Origin: Eledone cirrhosa
Lineage: Eukaryota
Direction of reading: 5' to 3'
NCBI GenBank assembly: GCA_964016885.1
Contig: OZ024742.1
Span: 310,001 to 374,000 of the forward strand
DNA: 64,000 bases
Made by a program: the position numbers and the translations under genes. The notes below the pieces were generated by a model. That model did no database searches, had not been told where the DNA came from, and saw only the letters and a program-made list of their open reading frames with translations. This document shows positions 24,150 through 38,200 of this stretch, piece after piece; the first letter of the stretch is position 1, and the number at the start of each line of letters is the position of its first letter.

Positions 24150-25315
24150 AGATTTGAACTCAGAATGTACAGATCTAGAACAGAAGGATCAAAGATAAAG
24201 TTGATCTAAGCAAGATTTGAACTCAGAATGTATAGATCTTGAACAGAAGGATCAAAGATAAAGTTGATCTAAGTAAGATTTGAACTGAGAATGTACAGAT
24301 TTAGAACAGAAGGATCAAAGATAAAGTTGATCTAAGCAAGATTTGAACTGAGAATGTACAGATTTAGAACAGAAGGATCAAAGATAAAGTTGATCTAAGC
24401 AAGATTTGAACTCAGAATGTACAGATCTAGAACAGAAGGATCAAAGATAAAGTTGATCTAAGCAAGATTTGAACCGAGAATGTACAGATTTAGAACAGAA
24501 GGATCAAAGATAAAGTTGATCTAAGCAAGATTTGAACTCAGAATGTACAGATCTAGAACAGAAGGATCAAAGATAAAGTTGATCTAAGTAAGATTTGAAC
24601 TGAGAATGTACAGATCTAGAACAGAAGGATCAAAGATAAAGTTGATCTAAGCAAGATTTGAACTCAGAATGTACAGATCTAGAACAGAAGGATCAAAGAT
24701 AAAGTTGATCTAAGCAAGATTTGAACCGAGAATGTACAGATTTAGAACAGAAGGATCAAAGATAAAGTTGATCTAAGCAAGATTTGAACTCAGAATGTAC
24801 AGATCTAGAACAGAAGGATCAAAGATAAAGTTGATCTAAGTAAGATTTGAACTGAGAATGTACAGATCTAGAACAGAAGGATCAAAGATAAAGTTGATCT
24901 AAGCAAGATTTGAACTCAGAATGTACAGATCTAGAACAGAAGGATCAAAGATAAAGTTGAACTAAGCAAGATTTGAACTGAGAATGTACAGATTTAGAAC
25001 AGAAGGATCAAAGATAAAATTGATCTAAGCAAGATTTGAACTGAGAATGTACAGATTTAGAACAGAAGGATCAAAGATAAAATTGATCTAAGCAAGATTT
25101 GAACTGAGAATGTACAGATTTAGAACAGAAGGATCAAAGATAAAGTTGATCTAAGCAAGATTTGAACTGAGAATGTACAGATTTAGAACAGAAGGATCAA
25201 AGATAAAATTGATCTAAGCAAGATTTGAACTCAGAATGTACAGATCTAGAACAGAAGGATCAAAGATAAAGTTGATCTAAGCAAGATTTGAACTCAGAAT
25301 GTACAGATCTAGAAG
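24150..25315. repeat. 63-bp tandem array (~18.5 copies), SINE-derived
   Basis: Unit AGAACAGAAGGATCAAAGATAAAGTTGATCTAAGCAAGATTTGAACTCAGAATGTACAGATCT; period 63 (24181 to 24244). Confidence 0.95.
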
Positions 25316-25999
25316 AAATACGTCCAACTATTTTGTCCAATGTCTGACCCTCTAATTTCTCATAGAGGCATGCTGCCAGAAATTTCACGACAGAGAGTTT
25401 GTTTTCATCAGCCCTGGAAGGATAAAAGATTTATAGTTGACCTTTGTAGGATTTGAACTCAGAATGTAGAGAGACAAGACATATACCACAAGCTGTTGTG
25501 TATGGCACTGATAATTCTAACAATCCACCATCTTTTCCTGGGATAACATATAAGAATTGTTTCTACATTTTGTACAAGGCCAACAATTTGAAGGGTGGGG
25601 AGGGAAAATCAATTGATCCCAGTGTATTACTGGTACTTTATTTTACCAACTCAGTATGACACAAAGCATGTCGTCCGACACTCTACCGATTCTACTGCTA
25701 ATCCAACGCCCGTATGTTAATAACAATGTTGTCTACATTATTGTATTTACTAGCAACAGTGGGGAGAATTGTTTATAAACAAACTGTAGTAGGGGTTGTT
25801 ATTTTCAGTTTTTCCTGGCATTGTTTATCTTGGCATACAAAACAGTGGCAATTAACACCACATGTTGAACATTGTTGCCACCACCATTGCCACCTCCTCC
25901 ACCACTAACACCATTGCTATCACCATCACAACCAATGCCACCTCCGTCACCAACATCAATACTGTCACCACCACCACTTGTAACACAACTGCTACTTAA

Positions 26000-26215
26000 C
26001 TATCACACCTCACAGACATTGGATTTCTTAATGAATAGAAATATTACCAAAACAATGGGAACGGTTCTGTGCATGAGGAGAATATTGCTGAGAGAGGAAG
26101 ACAAAGAACTGGAGTGGATGATGGGAATAGAACAAGTGATGGATGTTGGGGTGAGAGATGGAATGAGATGGTTGGGTCATGTGCTGAGGTAAGATGACAG
26201 TGACTGGGTGAGAGA
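26000..26215 (+). pseudogene. Degenerate old RTE LINE C-terminal fragment that seeds the 90-bp satellite
   Basis: Translation ..LCMRRILLREEDKELEWMMGIEQVMDVGVRDGMRWLGHVLR*DDSDWVR parallels [43 protein letters not shown]. Confidence 0.75.
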
Positions 26216-29200
26216 AATAGAGCAAGTGATGGATGTTGTGATGAGTGATGGAATGAGATGGTTGGGTCATGTGCTGAGGTAAGATGACAGTGACTGGGTG
26301 AGAGAAATAGAGCAAGTGATGGATGTTGTGATGAGAGATGGAATGGGGTGGTTCGGGTCATGTGCTGAGGTAAGATGACAGTGACTGGGTGAGAGAAATA
26401 GAGCAAGTGATGGATGTTGTGATGAGTGATTGAATGAGATGGTTGGGTCATGTGCTGAGGTAAGATGACAGTGACTGGGTGAGAGAAATAGAGCAAGTGA
26501 TGGATGTTGTGATGAGAGATGGAATGGATGGTTTAGGTCATGTGCTGAGGTAAGATGACAGTGACTGGGTGAGAGAAATAGAGCAAGTGATGGATGTTAT
26601 GATGATAGATATAATGAGATGGTTGGGTCATGTGCTGAGGTAAGATGACAGTGACTGGGTGAGAGAAATAGAGCAAGTGATGGATGTTGTGATGAGAGAT
26701 GGAATGAGATGGTTGGGTCATGTGCTGAGGTAAGATGACAGTGACTGGGTGAGAGAAATAGAACAAGTGATGGATGTTGTGATGATAGATATAATGAGAT
26801 GGTTGGGTCATGTGCTGAGGTAAGATGACAGTGACTAGGTGAGAGAAATAGAGCAAGTGATGGATGTTGTGATGAGTGATGGAATGAGATGGTTGGGTCA
26901 TGTGCTGAGGTAAGATGACAGTGACTGGGTGAGAGAAATAGAACAAGTGATGGATGTTGTGATGATAGATATAATGAGATGGTTGGGTCATGTGCTGAGG
27001 TAAGATGACAGTGACTGGGTGAGAGAAATAGAGCAAGTGATGGATGTTATGATGAGAGATGGAATGAGATGGTTGGGTCATGTGCTGGGGTAAGATGACA
27101 GTGACTGGGTGAGAGAAATAGAACAAGTGATGGATGTTGTGATGAGTGATGGAATGAGATGGTTGGGTCATGTGCTGAGGTAAGATGACAGTGACTGGGT
27201 GAGAGAAATAGAACAAGTGATGGATGTTATGATGATAGATATAATGAGATGGTTTTGTCATGTGCTGAGGTAAGATGACAGTGACTGGGTGAGAGAAATA
27301 GAACAAGTGATGGATGTTATGATGATAGATATAATGATATGGTTGGGTCATGTGCTGAGGTAAGATGACAGTGACTGGGTGAGAGAAATAGAGCAAGTGA
27401 TGGATGTTGTGATGATAGATATAATGAGATGGTTGGGTCATGTGCTGAGGTAAGATGACAATGACTGGGTGAGAGAAATAGAACAAGTGATGGATGTTGT
27501 GATGAGTGATGGAATGAGATGGTTGGGTCATGTGATGAGGTAAGATGACAGTGACTGGGTGAGAGATATAGAGCAAGTGATGGATGTTGTGATGAGTGAT
27601 GGAATGAGATGGTTGGGTCATGTGCTGAGGTAAGATGACAGTGACTGGGTGAGAGAAATAGAGCAAGTGATGGATTTTATGATGAGTGATGGAATGAGAT
27701 GGTTGGGTCATGTGATGAGGTAAGATGACAGTGACTGGGTGAGAGATATAGAGCAAGTGATGGATGTTGTGATGAGTGATGGAATGAGATGGTTGGGTCA
27801 TGTGATGAGGTAAGATGACAGTGACTGGGTGAGAGAAATAGAGCAAGTGATGGATTTTATGATGAGTGATGGAATGAGATGGTTGGGTCATGTGCTGAGG
27901 TAAGATGACAGTGACTGGGTGAGAGAAAGAGAGCAAGTGATGGATGTTGTGATGAGAGATGGAATGAGATGGTTGGGTCATGTGCTGAGGTAAGATGACA
28001 GTGACTGGGTGAGAGAAATAGAGCAAGTGATGGATGTTGTGATGAGAGATGGAATGAGATGACTGGGTCATGTGCTGAGGTAAGATGACAGTGACTGGGT
28101 GAGAGATATAGAGCAGGTGATGGATGTTGTAATGAGAGATGGAATGAGATGGTTGGGTCATGTGCTGAGGTAAGATGACAGTGACTGGGTGAGAGAAATA
28201 GAGCAAGTGATGGATGTTGTGATGAGTGATGGAATGGGGTGGTTGGGTCATGTGCTGAGGTAAGATGACAGTGACTGGGTGAGAGAAATAGAGCAAGTGA
28301 TGGATGTTGTGATGAGTGATTGAATGAGATGGTTGGGTCATGTGCTGAGGTAAGATGACAGTGACTGGGTGAGAGAAATAGAGCAAGTGATGGATGTTGT
28401 GATGATAGATATAATGAGATGGTTGGGTCATGTGCTGAGGTAAGATGACAGTGACTAGGTGAGAGAAATAGAGCAAGTGATGGATGTTGTGATGAGTGAT
28501 GGAATGAGATGGTTGGGTCATGTGCTGAGGTAAGATGACAGTGACTGGGTGAGAGAAATAGAGCAAGTGATGGATGTTGTGATGATAGATATAATGAGAT
28601 GGTTGGGTCATGTGCTGAGGTAAGATGACAGTGACTGGGTGAGAGATATAGAGCAAGTGATGGATGTTGTGATGAGTGATGGAATGAGATGGTTGGGTCA
28701 TGTGCTGAGGTACGATGACAGTGACTGGGTGAGAGAAATAAATCAAGTGATGGATGTTGTGATGAGTGATGGAATGAGATGGTTGGGTCATGTGCTGAGG
28801 TAAGATGACAGTGACTGGGTGAGAGAAATAGAACAAGTGATGGATGTTGTGATGATAGATATAATGAGATGGTTGGGTCATGTGCTGAGGTAAGATGACA
28901 GTGACTGGGTGAGAGAAATAGAGCAAGTGAATGATGTTATGATGAGAGATGGAATGAGATGGCTGGGTCATGTGCTGAGGTAAGATGACAGTGACTGGGT
29001 GAGAGAAATAGAACAAGTGATGGATGTTATTATGATAGATATAATGAGATGGTTTTGTCATGTGCTGAGGTAAGATGACAGTGACTGGGTGAGAGAAATA
29101 GAACAAGTGATGGATGTTATGATGATAGATATAATGATATGGTTGGGTCATGTGCTGAGGTAAGATGACAGTGACTGGGTGAGAGAAATAGAGCAAGTGA

Positions 29201-32200
29201 TGGATGTTGTGATGATAGATATAATGAGATGGTTGGGTCATGTGCTGAGGTAAGATGACAGTGACTGGGTGAGAGAAATAGAACAAGTGATGGATGTTGT
29301 GATGAGTGATGGAATGAGATGGTTGGGTCATGTGATGAGGTAAGATGACAGTGACTGGGTGAGAGATATAGAGCAAGTGATGGATGTTGTGATGAGTGAT
29401 GGAATGAGATGGTTGGGTCATGTGATGAGGTAAGATGACAGTGACTGGGTGAGAGAAATAGAGCAAGTGATGGATTTTATGATGAGTGATGGAATGAGAT
29501 GGTTGGGTCATGTGCTGAGGTAAGATGACAGTGACTGGGTGAGAGAAAGAGAGCAAGTGATGGATGTTGTGATGAGAGATGGAATGAGATGGTTGGGTCA
29601 TGTGCGGAGGTAAGATGACAGTGACTGGGTGAGAGAAATAGAGCAAGTGATGGATGTTGTGATGAGAGATGGAATGAGATGACTGGGTCATGTGCTGAGG
29701 TAAGATGACAGTGACTGGGTGAGAGAAATAGAGCAGGTGATGGATGTTGTGATGAGTGATGGAATGAGGTGGTTGGGTCATGTGCTGAGATAAGATGACA
29801 GTGACTGGGTGAGAGAAATAGAGCAAGTGATGGATGTTATGATGAGAGATGGAATGAGATGGTTGGGTCATGTGCTGAGGTAAGATGACAGTGACTGGGT
29901 GAGAGAAATAGAACAAGTGATGGATGTTATGATGATAGATATAATGAGATGGTTTTGTCATGTGCTGAGGTAAGATGACAGTGACTGGGTGAGAGAAATA
30001 GAACAAGTGATGGATGTTATGATGATAGATATAATGATATGGTTGGGTCATGTGCTGAGGTAAGATGACAGTGACTGGGTGAGAGAAATAGAACAAGTGA
30101 TGGATGTTATGATGATAGATATAATGATATGGTTGGGTCATGTGCTGAGGTAAGATGACAGTGACTGGGTGAGAGAAATAGAGCAAGTGATGGATGTTGT
30201 GATGATAGATATAATGAGATGGTTGGGTCATGTGCTGAGGTAAGATGACAGTGACTGGGTGAGAGAAATAGAACAAGTGATGGATGTTGTGATGAGTGAT
30301 GGAATGAGATGGTTGGGTCATGTGATGAGGTAAGATGACAGTGACTGGGTGAGAGATATAGAGCAAGTGATGGATGTTGTGATGAGTGATGGAATGAGAT
30401 GGTTGGGTCATGTGCTGAGGTAAGATGACAGTGACTGGGTGAGAGAAATAGAGCAAGTGATGGATTTTGTGATGAGTGATGGAATGAGATGGTTGGGTCA
30501 TGTGATGAGGTAAGATGACAGTGACTGGGTGAGAGATATAGAGCAAGTGATGGATGTTGTGATGAGTGATGGAATGAGATGGTTGGGTCATGTGATGAGG
30601 TAAGATGACAGTGACTGGGTGAGAGAAATAGAGCAAGTGATGGATTTTATGATGAGTGATGGAATGAGATGGTTGGGTCATGTGCTGAGGTAAGATGACA
30701 GTGACTGGGTGAGAGAAAGAGAGCAAGTGATGGATGTTGTGATGAGAGATGGAATGAGATGGTTGGGTCATGTGCTGAGGTAAGATGACAGTGACTGGGT
30801 GAGAGAAATAGAGCAAGTGATGGATGTTGTGATGAGAGATGGAATGAGATGACTGGGTCATGTGCTGAGGTAAGATGACAGTGACTGGGTGAGAGATATA
30901 GAGCAGGTGATGGATGTTGTAATGAGAGATGGAATGAGATGGTTGGGTCATGTGCTGAGGTAAGATGACAGTGACTGGGTGAGAGAAATAGAGCAAGTGA
31001 TGGATGTTGTGATGAGTGATGGAATGGGGTGGTTGGGTCATGTGCTGAGGTAAGATGACAGTGACTGGGTGAGAGAAATAGAGCAAGTGATGGATGTTGT
31101 GATGAGTGATTGAATGAGATGGTTGGGTCATGTGCTGAGGTAAGATGACAGTGACTGGGTGAGAGAAATAGAGCAAGTGATGGATGTTGTGATGATAGAT
31201 ATAATGAGATGGTTGGGTCATGTGCTGAGGTAAGATGACAGTGACTAGGTGAGAGAAATAGAGCAAGTGATGGATGTTGTGATGAGTGATGGAATGAGAT
31301 GGTTGGGTCATGTGCTGAGGTAAGATGACAGTGACTGGGTGAGAGAAATAGAGCAAGTGATGGATGTTGTGATGATAGATATAATGAGATGGTTGGGTCA
31401 TGTGCTGAGGTAAGATGACAGTGACTGGGTGAGAGATATAGAGCAAGTGATGGATGTTGTGATGAGTGATGGAATGAGATGGTTGGGTCATGTGCTGAGG
31501 TACGATGACAGTGACTGGGTGAGAGAAATAAATCAAGTGATGGATGTTGTGATGAGTGATGGAATGAGATGGTTGGGTCATGTGCTGAGGTAAGATGACA
31601 GTGACTGGGTGAGAGAAATAGAACAAGTGATGGATGTTGTGATGATAGATATAATGAGATGGTTGGGTCATGTGCTGAGGTAAGATGACAGTGACTGGGT
31701 GAGAGAAATAGAGCAAGTGAATGATGTTATGATGAGAGATGGAATGAGATGGTTGGGTCATGTGCTGAGGTAAGATGACAGTGACTGGGTGAGAGAAATA
31801 GAACAAGTGATGGATGTTATTATGATAGATATAATGAGATGGTTTTGTCATGTGCTGAGGTAAGATGACAGTGACTGGGTGAGAGAAATAGAACAAGTGA
31901 TGGATGTTATGATGATAGATATAATGATATGGTTGGGTCATGTGCTGAGGTAAGATGACAGTGACTGGGTGAGAGAAATAGAGCAAGTGATGGATGTTGT
32001 GATGATAGATATAATGAGATGGTTGGGTCATGTGCTGAGGTAAGATGACAGTGACTGGGTGAGAGAAATAGAACAAGTGATGGATGTTGTGATGAGTGAT
32101 GGAATGAGATGGTTGGGTCATGTGATGAGGTAAGATGACAGTGACTGGGTGAGAGATATAGAGCAAGTGATGGATGTTGTGATGAGTGATGGAATGAGAT

Positions 32201-35200
32201 GGTTGGGTCATGTGCTGAGGTAAGATGACAGTGACAGGGTGAGAGAAATAGAGCAAGTGATGGATTTTGTGATGAGTGATGGAATGAGATGGTTGGGTCA
32301 TGTGATGAGGTAAGATGACAGTGACTGGGTGAGAGATATAGAGCAAGTGATGGATGTTGTGATGAGTGATGGAATGAGATGGTTGGGTCATGTGATGAGG
32401 TAAGATGACAGTGACTGGGTGAGAGAAATAGAGCAAGTGATGGATTTTATGATGAGTGATGGAATGAGATGGTTGGGTCATGTGCTGAGGTAAGATGACA
32501 GTGACTGGGTGAGAGAAAGAGAGCAAGTGATGGATGTTGTGATGAGAGATGGAATGAGATGGTTGGGTCATGTGCTGAGGTAAGATGACAGTGACTGGGT
32601 GAGAGAAATAGAGCAAGTGATGGATGTTGTGATGAGAGATGGAATGAGATGACTGGGTCATGTGCTGAGGTAAGATGACAGTGACTGGGTGAGAGAAATA
32701 GAGCAGGTGATGGATGTTGTGATGAGTGATGGAATGAGGTGGTTGGGTCATGTGCTGAGATAAGATGACAGTGACTGGGTGAGAGAAATAGAGCAAGTGA
32801 TGGATGTTATGATGAGAGATGGAATGAGATGGTTGGGTCATGTGCTGAGGTAAGATGACAGTGACTGGGTGAGAGAAATAGAGCAAGTGATGGATGTTGT
32901 GATGATAGGTATAATGAGATGGTTGGGTCATGTGCTGAGGTAAGATGACAGTGCCTGGGTGAGAGAAACAGAGCAAGTGATGGATGTTGTGATGAGTGAT
33001 GGAATGAGATGGTTGGGTCATGTGCTGAGGTAAGATGACAGTGACTGGGTGAGAGAAATAGAGCAAGTGATGGATGTTGTGATGATAGATATAATGAGAT
33101 GGTTGGGTCATGTGCTGAGGTAAGATGACAGTGACTGGGTGAGAGAAATAGAGCAAGTGATGGATGTTGTGATGATAGATATAATGAGATGGTTGGGTCA
33201 TGTGCTGAGGTAAGATGACAGTGACTGGGTGAGAGAAATAGAGCAAGTGATGGATTTTGTGATGAGTGATGGAATGAGATGGTTGGGTCATGTGCTGAGG
33301 TAAGATGACAGTGACTGGGTGAGAGAAAGAGAGCAAGTGATGGATGTTGTGATGAGAGATGGAATGAGATGGTTGGGTCATGTGCTGAGGTAAGATGACA
33401 GTGACTGGGTGAGAGAAATAGAGCAAGTGATGGATGTTGTGATGAGAGATGGAATGAGGTGGTTGGGTCATGTGCTGAGGTAAGATGACAGTGACTGGGT
33501 GAGAGAAATAGAGCAAGTGATGGATGTTGTGGTGAGAGATGGAATGAGATGGTTGGGTCATGTGCTGAGGTAAGATGACAGTGACTGGGTGAGAGAAACA
33601 GAGCAAGTGATGGATGTTGTGATGAGTGATGGAATGAGATGGTTGGGTCATGTGCTGAGGTAAGATGACAGTGACTGGGTGAGAGAAATAGAGCAAGTGA
33701 TGGATGTTGTGATGAGATATGGAATGAGGTGGTTGGGTCATGTGCTGAGGTAAGTTGACAGTGACTGGGTCAGAGATAGAGAGCAAGTGATGGATGTTGT
33801 AATGAGTGATGGAATGAGATGGTTGGGTCATGTGCTGAGGTAAGATGACAGTGACTGGGTGAGAGAAATAGAGCAAGTGATGGATGTTGTGATGAGAGAT
33901 GGAATGAGGTGGTTGGGTCATGTGCTGAGGTAAGATGACAGTGACTGGGTGAGAGAAATAGAGCAAGTGATGGATGTTGTGGTGAGAGATGGAATGAGAT
34001 GGTTGGGTCATGTGCTGAGGTAAGATGACAGTGACTGGGTGAGAGAAACAGAGCAAGTGATGGATGTTGTGATGAGTGATGGAATGAGATGGTTGGGTCA
34101 TGTGCTGAGGTAAGATGACAGTGACTGGGTGAGAGAAATAGAGCAAGTGATGGATGTTGTGATGAGGTATGGAATGAGGTGGTTGGGTCATGTGCTGAGG
34201 TAAGTTGACAGTGACTGGGTCAGAGATAGAGAGCAAGTGATGGATGTTGTAATGAGTGATGGAATGAGATGGTTGGGTCATGTGCTGAGGTAAGATGACA
34301 GTGACTGGGTGAGAGATATAGAGCAAGTGATGGATGTTGTGATGAGAGATGGAATGGGGTGTTTGGGTCATGTGCTGAGGTAAGATGAGAGTGACTGGGT
34401 GAGAGAAATAGAGCAAGTGATGGATGTTGTGATGAGAGATGGAATGAGATGGTTGGGTCATGTGCTGAGGTAAGATGACAGTGACTGGGTGAGAGAAATA
34501 GAGCAAGTGATGGATGTTGTGATGAGAGATGGAATGGGGTGTTTGGGTCATGTGCTGATGTAAGATGAAAGTGACTGGGTGAGTGAAATAGAGCAAGTGA
34601 TGGATGTTGTGATGAGTGATGGAATGAGGTGGTTGGGTCATGTGCTGAGGTAAGATGACAGTGACTGGGTGAGAGAAATAGAGCAAGTGATGGATGTTAT
34701 GATGAGTGATGGAATGAGGTGGTTGGGTCATGTGCTGAGGTAAGATGACAGTGACTGGGTGAGAGAAATAGAGCAAGTGATGGATGTTGTGATGAGAGAT
34801 GGAATGAGATGGTTGGGTCATGTGCTGAGGTAAGATGACAGTGACTGGGGGAGAGAAATAGAGCAAGTGATGGATGTTGTGATGAGAGATGGAATGAGAT
34901 GGTTGGGTTATGTGCTGAGGTAAGATGACAGTGACTGGGGGAGAGAAATAGAGCAAGTGATGGATGTTGTGATGAGAGATGGAATGAGATGGTTGGGTCA
35001 TGTGCTGAGGTAAGATGACAGTGACTGGGTGAGAGAAATAGAGCAAGTGATGGATGTTGTGATGAGAGATGGAATGAGATGGTTGGGTCATGTGCTGAAG
35101 TAAGATGACAGTGACTGGGTGAGAGAAATAGAGCAAGTGATGGATGTTGTGATGAGTGATGGAATGAGATGGTTGGGTCATGTGCTGAGGTAAGATGACA

Positions 35201-38200
35201 GTGACTGGGTGAGAGAAATAGAGCAGGTGATGGATGTTGTGATGAGAGATGGAATGAGATGGTTGGGTCATGTGCTGAGGTAAGATGACAGTGACTGGGT
35301 GAGAGATATAGAGTAGATGATGGATGTTGTGATGAGAGATGGAATGAGATAGTTGGGTCATGTGCTGAGGTAAGATGACAGTGACTGGGTGAGAGAAATA
35401 AAGCAAGTGATGGATGTTGTGATGAGAGATGGAATGAGGTGACTGGGTCATGTGCTGAGGTAAGATGACAGTGACTGGGTGAGAGATATAGAGTAGATGA
35501 TGGATGTTGTGATGAGAGATGGAATGAGATAGTTGGGTCATGTGCTGAGGTAAGATGACAGTGACTGGGTGAGAGAAATAGAGCAAGTGATGGATGTTGT
35601 GATGAGAGATGGAATGAGATGGTTGGGTCATGTGCTGAGGTAAGATGACAGTGACTGGGTGATAGAAAGAGAGCAAGTGATGGATGTTGTGATGAGTGAT
35701 GGAAGAGATGGTTGGGTCATGTTCTGATGTAAGATGACAGTGACTGGGTGAGAGATATAGAACAAGTGATGGATGTTGTGATGAGAGATGGAATGAGATA
35801 GTTGGGTCATGTGCTGAGGTAAGATGACAGTGACTGGGTGAGAGAAATAGAGCAGGTGATGGATGTTGTGATGAGAGATGGAATGAGATGGTTGGGTCAT
35901 GTGCTGAGGTAAGATGACAGTGACTGGGTGAGAGAAATAGAGCAAGTGATGGATGTTGTGATGAGTGATGGAAGAGATGGTTGGGTCATGTTCTGAGGTA
36001 AGATGACAGTGACTGGGTGAGAGAAATAGAACAAGTGATGGATGTTGTGATGATAGATATAATGAGATGGTTGTGTCATGTGCTGAGGTAAGATGACAGT
36101 GACTGGGTGAGAGAAATAGAGCAAGTGATGGATGTTATGATGAGAGATGGAATGAGATGGTTGGGTCATGTGATGAGGTAAGATGACAGTGACTGGGTGA
36201 GAGAAATAGAGCAAGTGATGGATGTTGTGATGAGAGATGGAATGGGGTGTTTGGGTCATGTGCTGAGGTAAGATGACAGTGACTGGGTGAGAGAAATAGA
36301 ACAAGTGATGGATGTTGTGATGATAGATATAATGAGATGGTTGGGTCATGTGCTGAGGTAAGATGACAGTGACTGGGTGAGAGAAATAGAGCAAGTGATG
36401 GATGTTATGATGAGAGATGGAATGAGATGGTTGGGTCATGTGCTGAGGTAAGATGACAGTGACTGGGTGAGAGAAATAGAGCAAGTGATGGATGTTATGA
36501 TGAGAGATGGAATGAGATGGTTGGGTCATGTGCTGAGGTAAGATGACAGTGACTGGGTGAGAGAAATAGAGCAAGTGATGGATGTTGTGATGATAGATAT
36601 AATGAGATGGTTGGGTCATGTGCTGAGGTAAGATGACAGTGCCTGGGTGAGAGAAACAGAGCAAGTGATGGATGTTGTGATGAGTGATGGAATGAGATGG
36701 TTGGGTCATGTGCTGAGGTAAGATGACAGTGACTGTGTGAGAGAAATAGAGCAAGTGATGGATGTTGTGATGATAGATATAATGAGATGGTTGGGTCATG
36801 TGCTGAGGTAAGATGACAGTGACTGGGTGAGAGAAATAGAGCAAGTGATGGATGTTGTGATGATAGATATAATGAGGTGGTTGGGTCATGTGCTGAGGTA
36901 AGATGACAGTGACTGGGTGAGAGAAATAGAGCAAGTGATGGATTTTGTGATGAGTGATGGAATGAGATGGTTGGGTCATGTGCTGAGGTAAGATGACAGT
37001 GACTGGGTGAGAGAAAGAGAGCAAGTGATGGATGTTGTGATGAGAGATGGAATGAGATGGTTGGGTCATGTGCTGAGGTAAGATGACAGTGACTGGGTGA
37101 GAGAAATAGAGCAAGTGATGGATGTTATGATGAGAGATGGAATGAGATGGTTGGGTCATGTGCTGAGGTAAGATGACAGTGACTGGGTGAGAGAAATAGA
37201 GCAAGTGATGGATGTTATGATGAGAGATGGAATGAGATGGTTGGGTCATGTGCTGAGGTAAGATGACAGTGACTGGGTGAGAGAAATAGAGCAAGTGATG
37301 GATGTTATGATGAGAGATGGAATGAGATGGTTGGGTCATGTGCTGAGGTAAGATGACAGTGACTGGGTGAGAGAAATAGAGCAAGTGATGGATGTTGTGA
37401 TGATAGATATAATGAGATGGTTGGGTCATGTGCTGAGGTAAGATGACAGTGCCTGGGTGAGAGAAACAGAGCAAGTGATGGATGTTGTGATGAGTGATGG
37501 AATGAGATGGTTGGGTCATGTGCTGAGGTAAGATGACAGTGACTGTGTGAGAGAAATAGAGCAAGTGATGGATGTTGTGATGATAGATATAATGAGATGG
37601 TTGGGTCATGTGCTGAGGTAAGATGACAGTGACTGGGTGAGAGAAATAGAGCAAGTGATGGATGTTGTGATGATAGATATAATGAGGTGGTTGGGTCATG
37701 TGCTGAGGTAAGATGACAGTGACTGGGTGAGAGAAATAGAGCAAGTGATGGATTTTGTGATGAGTGATGGAATGAGATGGTTGGGTCATGTGCTGAGGTA
37801 AGATGACAGTGACTGGGTGAGAGAAATAGAGCAAGTGATGGATTTTGTGATGAGTGATGGAATGAGATGGTTGGGTCATGTGCTGAGGTAAGATGACAGT
37901 GACTGGGTGAGAGAAAGAGAGCAAGTGATGGATGTTGTGATGAGAGATGGAATGAGATGGTTGGGTCATGTGCTGAGGTAAGATGACAGTGACTGGGTGA
38001 GAGAAATAGAGCAAGTGATGGATGTTGTGATGAGAGATGGAATGAGGTGGTTGGGTCATGTGCTGAGGTAAGATGACAGTGACTGGGTGAGAGAAATAGA
38101 GCAAGTGATGGATGTTGTGGTGAGAGATGGAATGAGATGGTTGGGTCATGTGCTGAGGTAAGATGACAGTGACTGGGTGAGAGAAACAGAGCAAGTGATG

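Noticed and set aside
25380-25415. Minus-strand CTGATGA...GAAA
   Set aside because: Stem II does not pair, and the sequence is a decayed SINE segment
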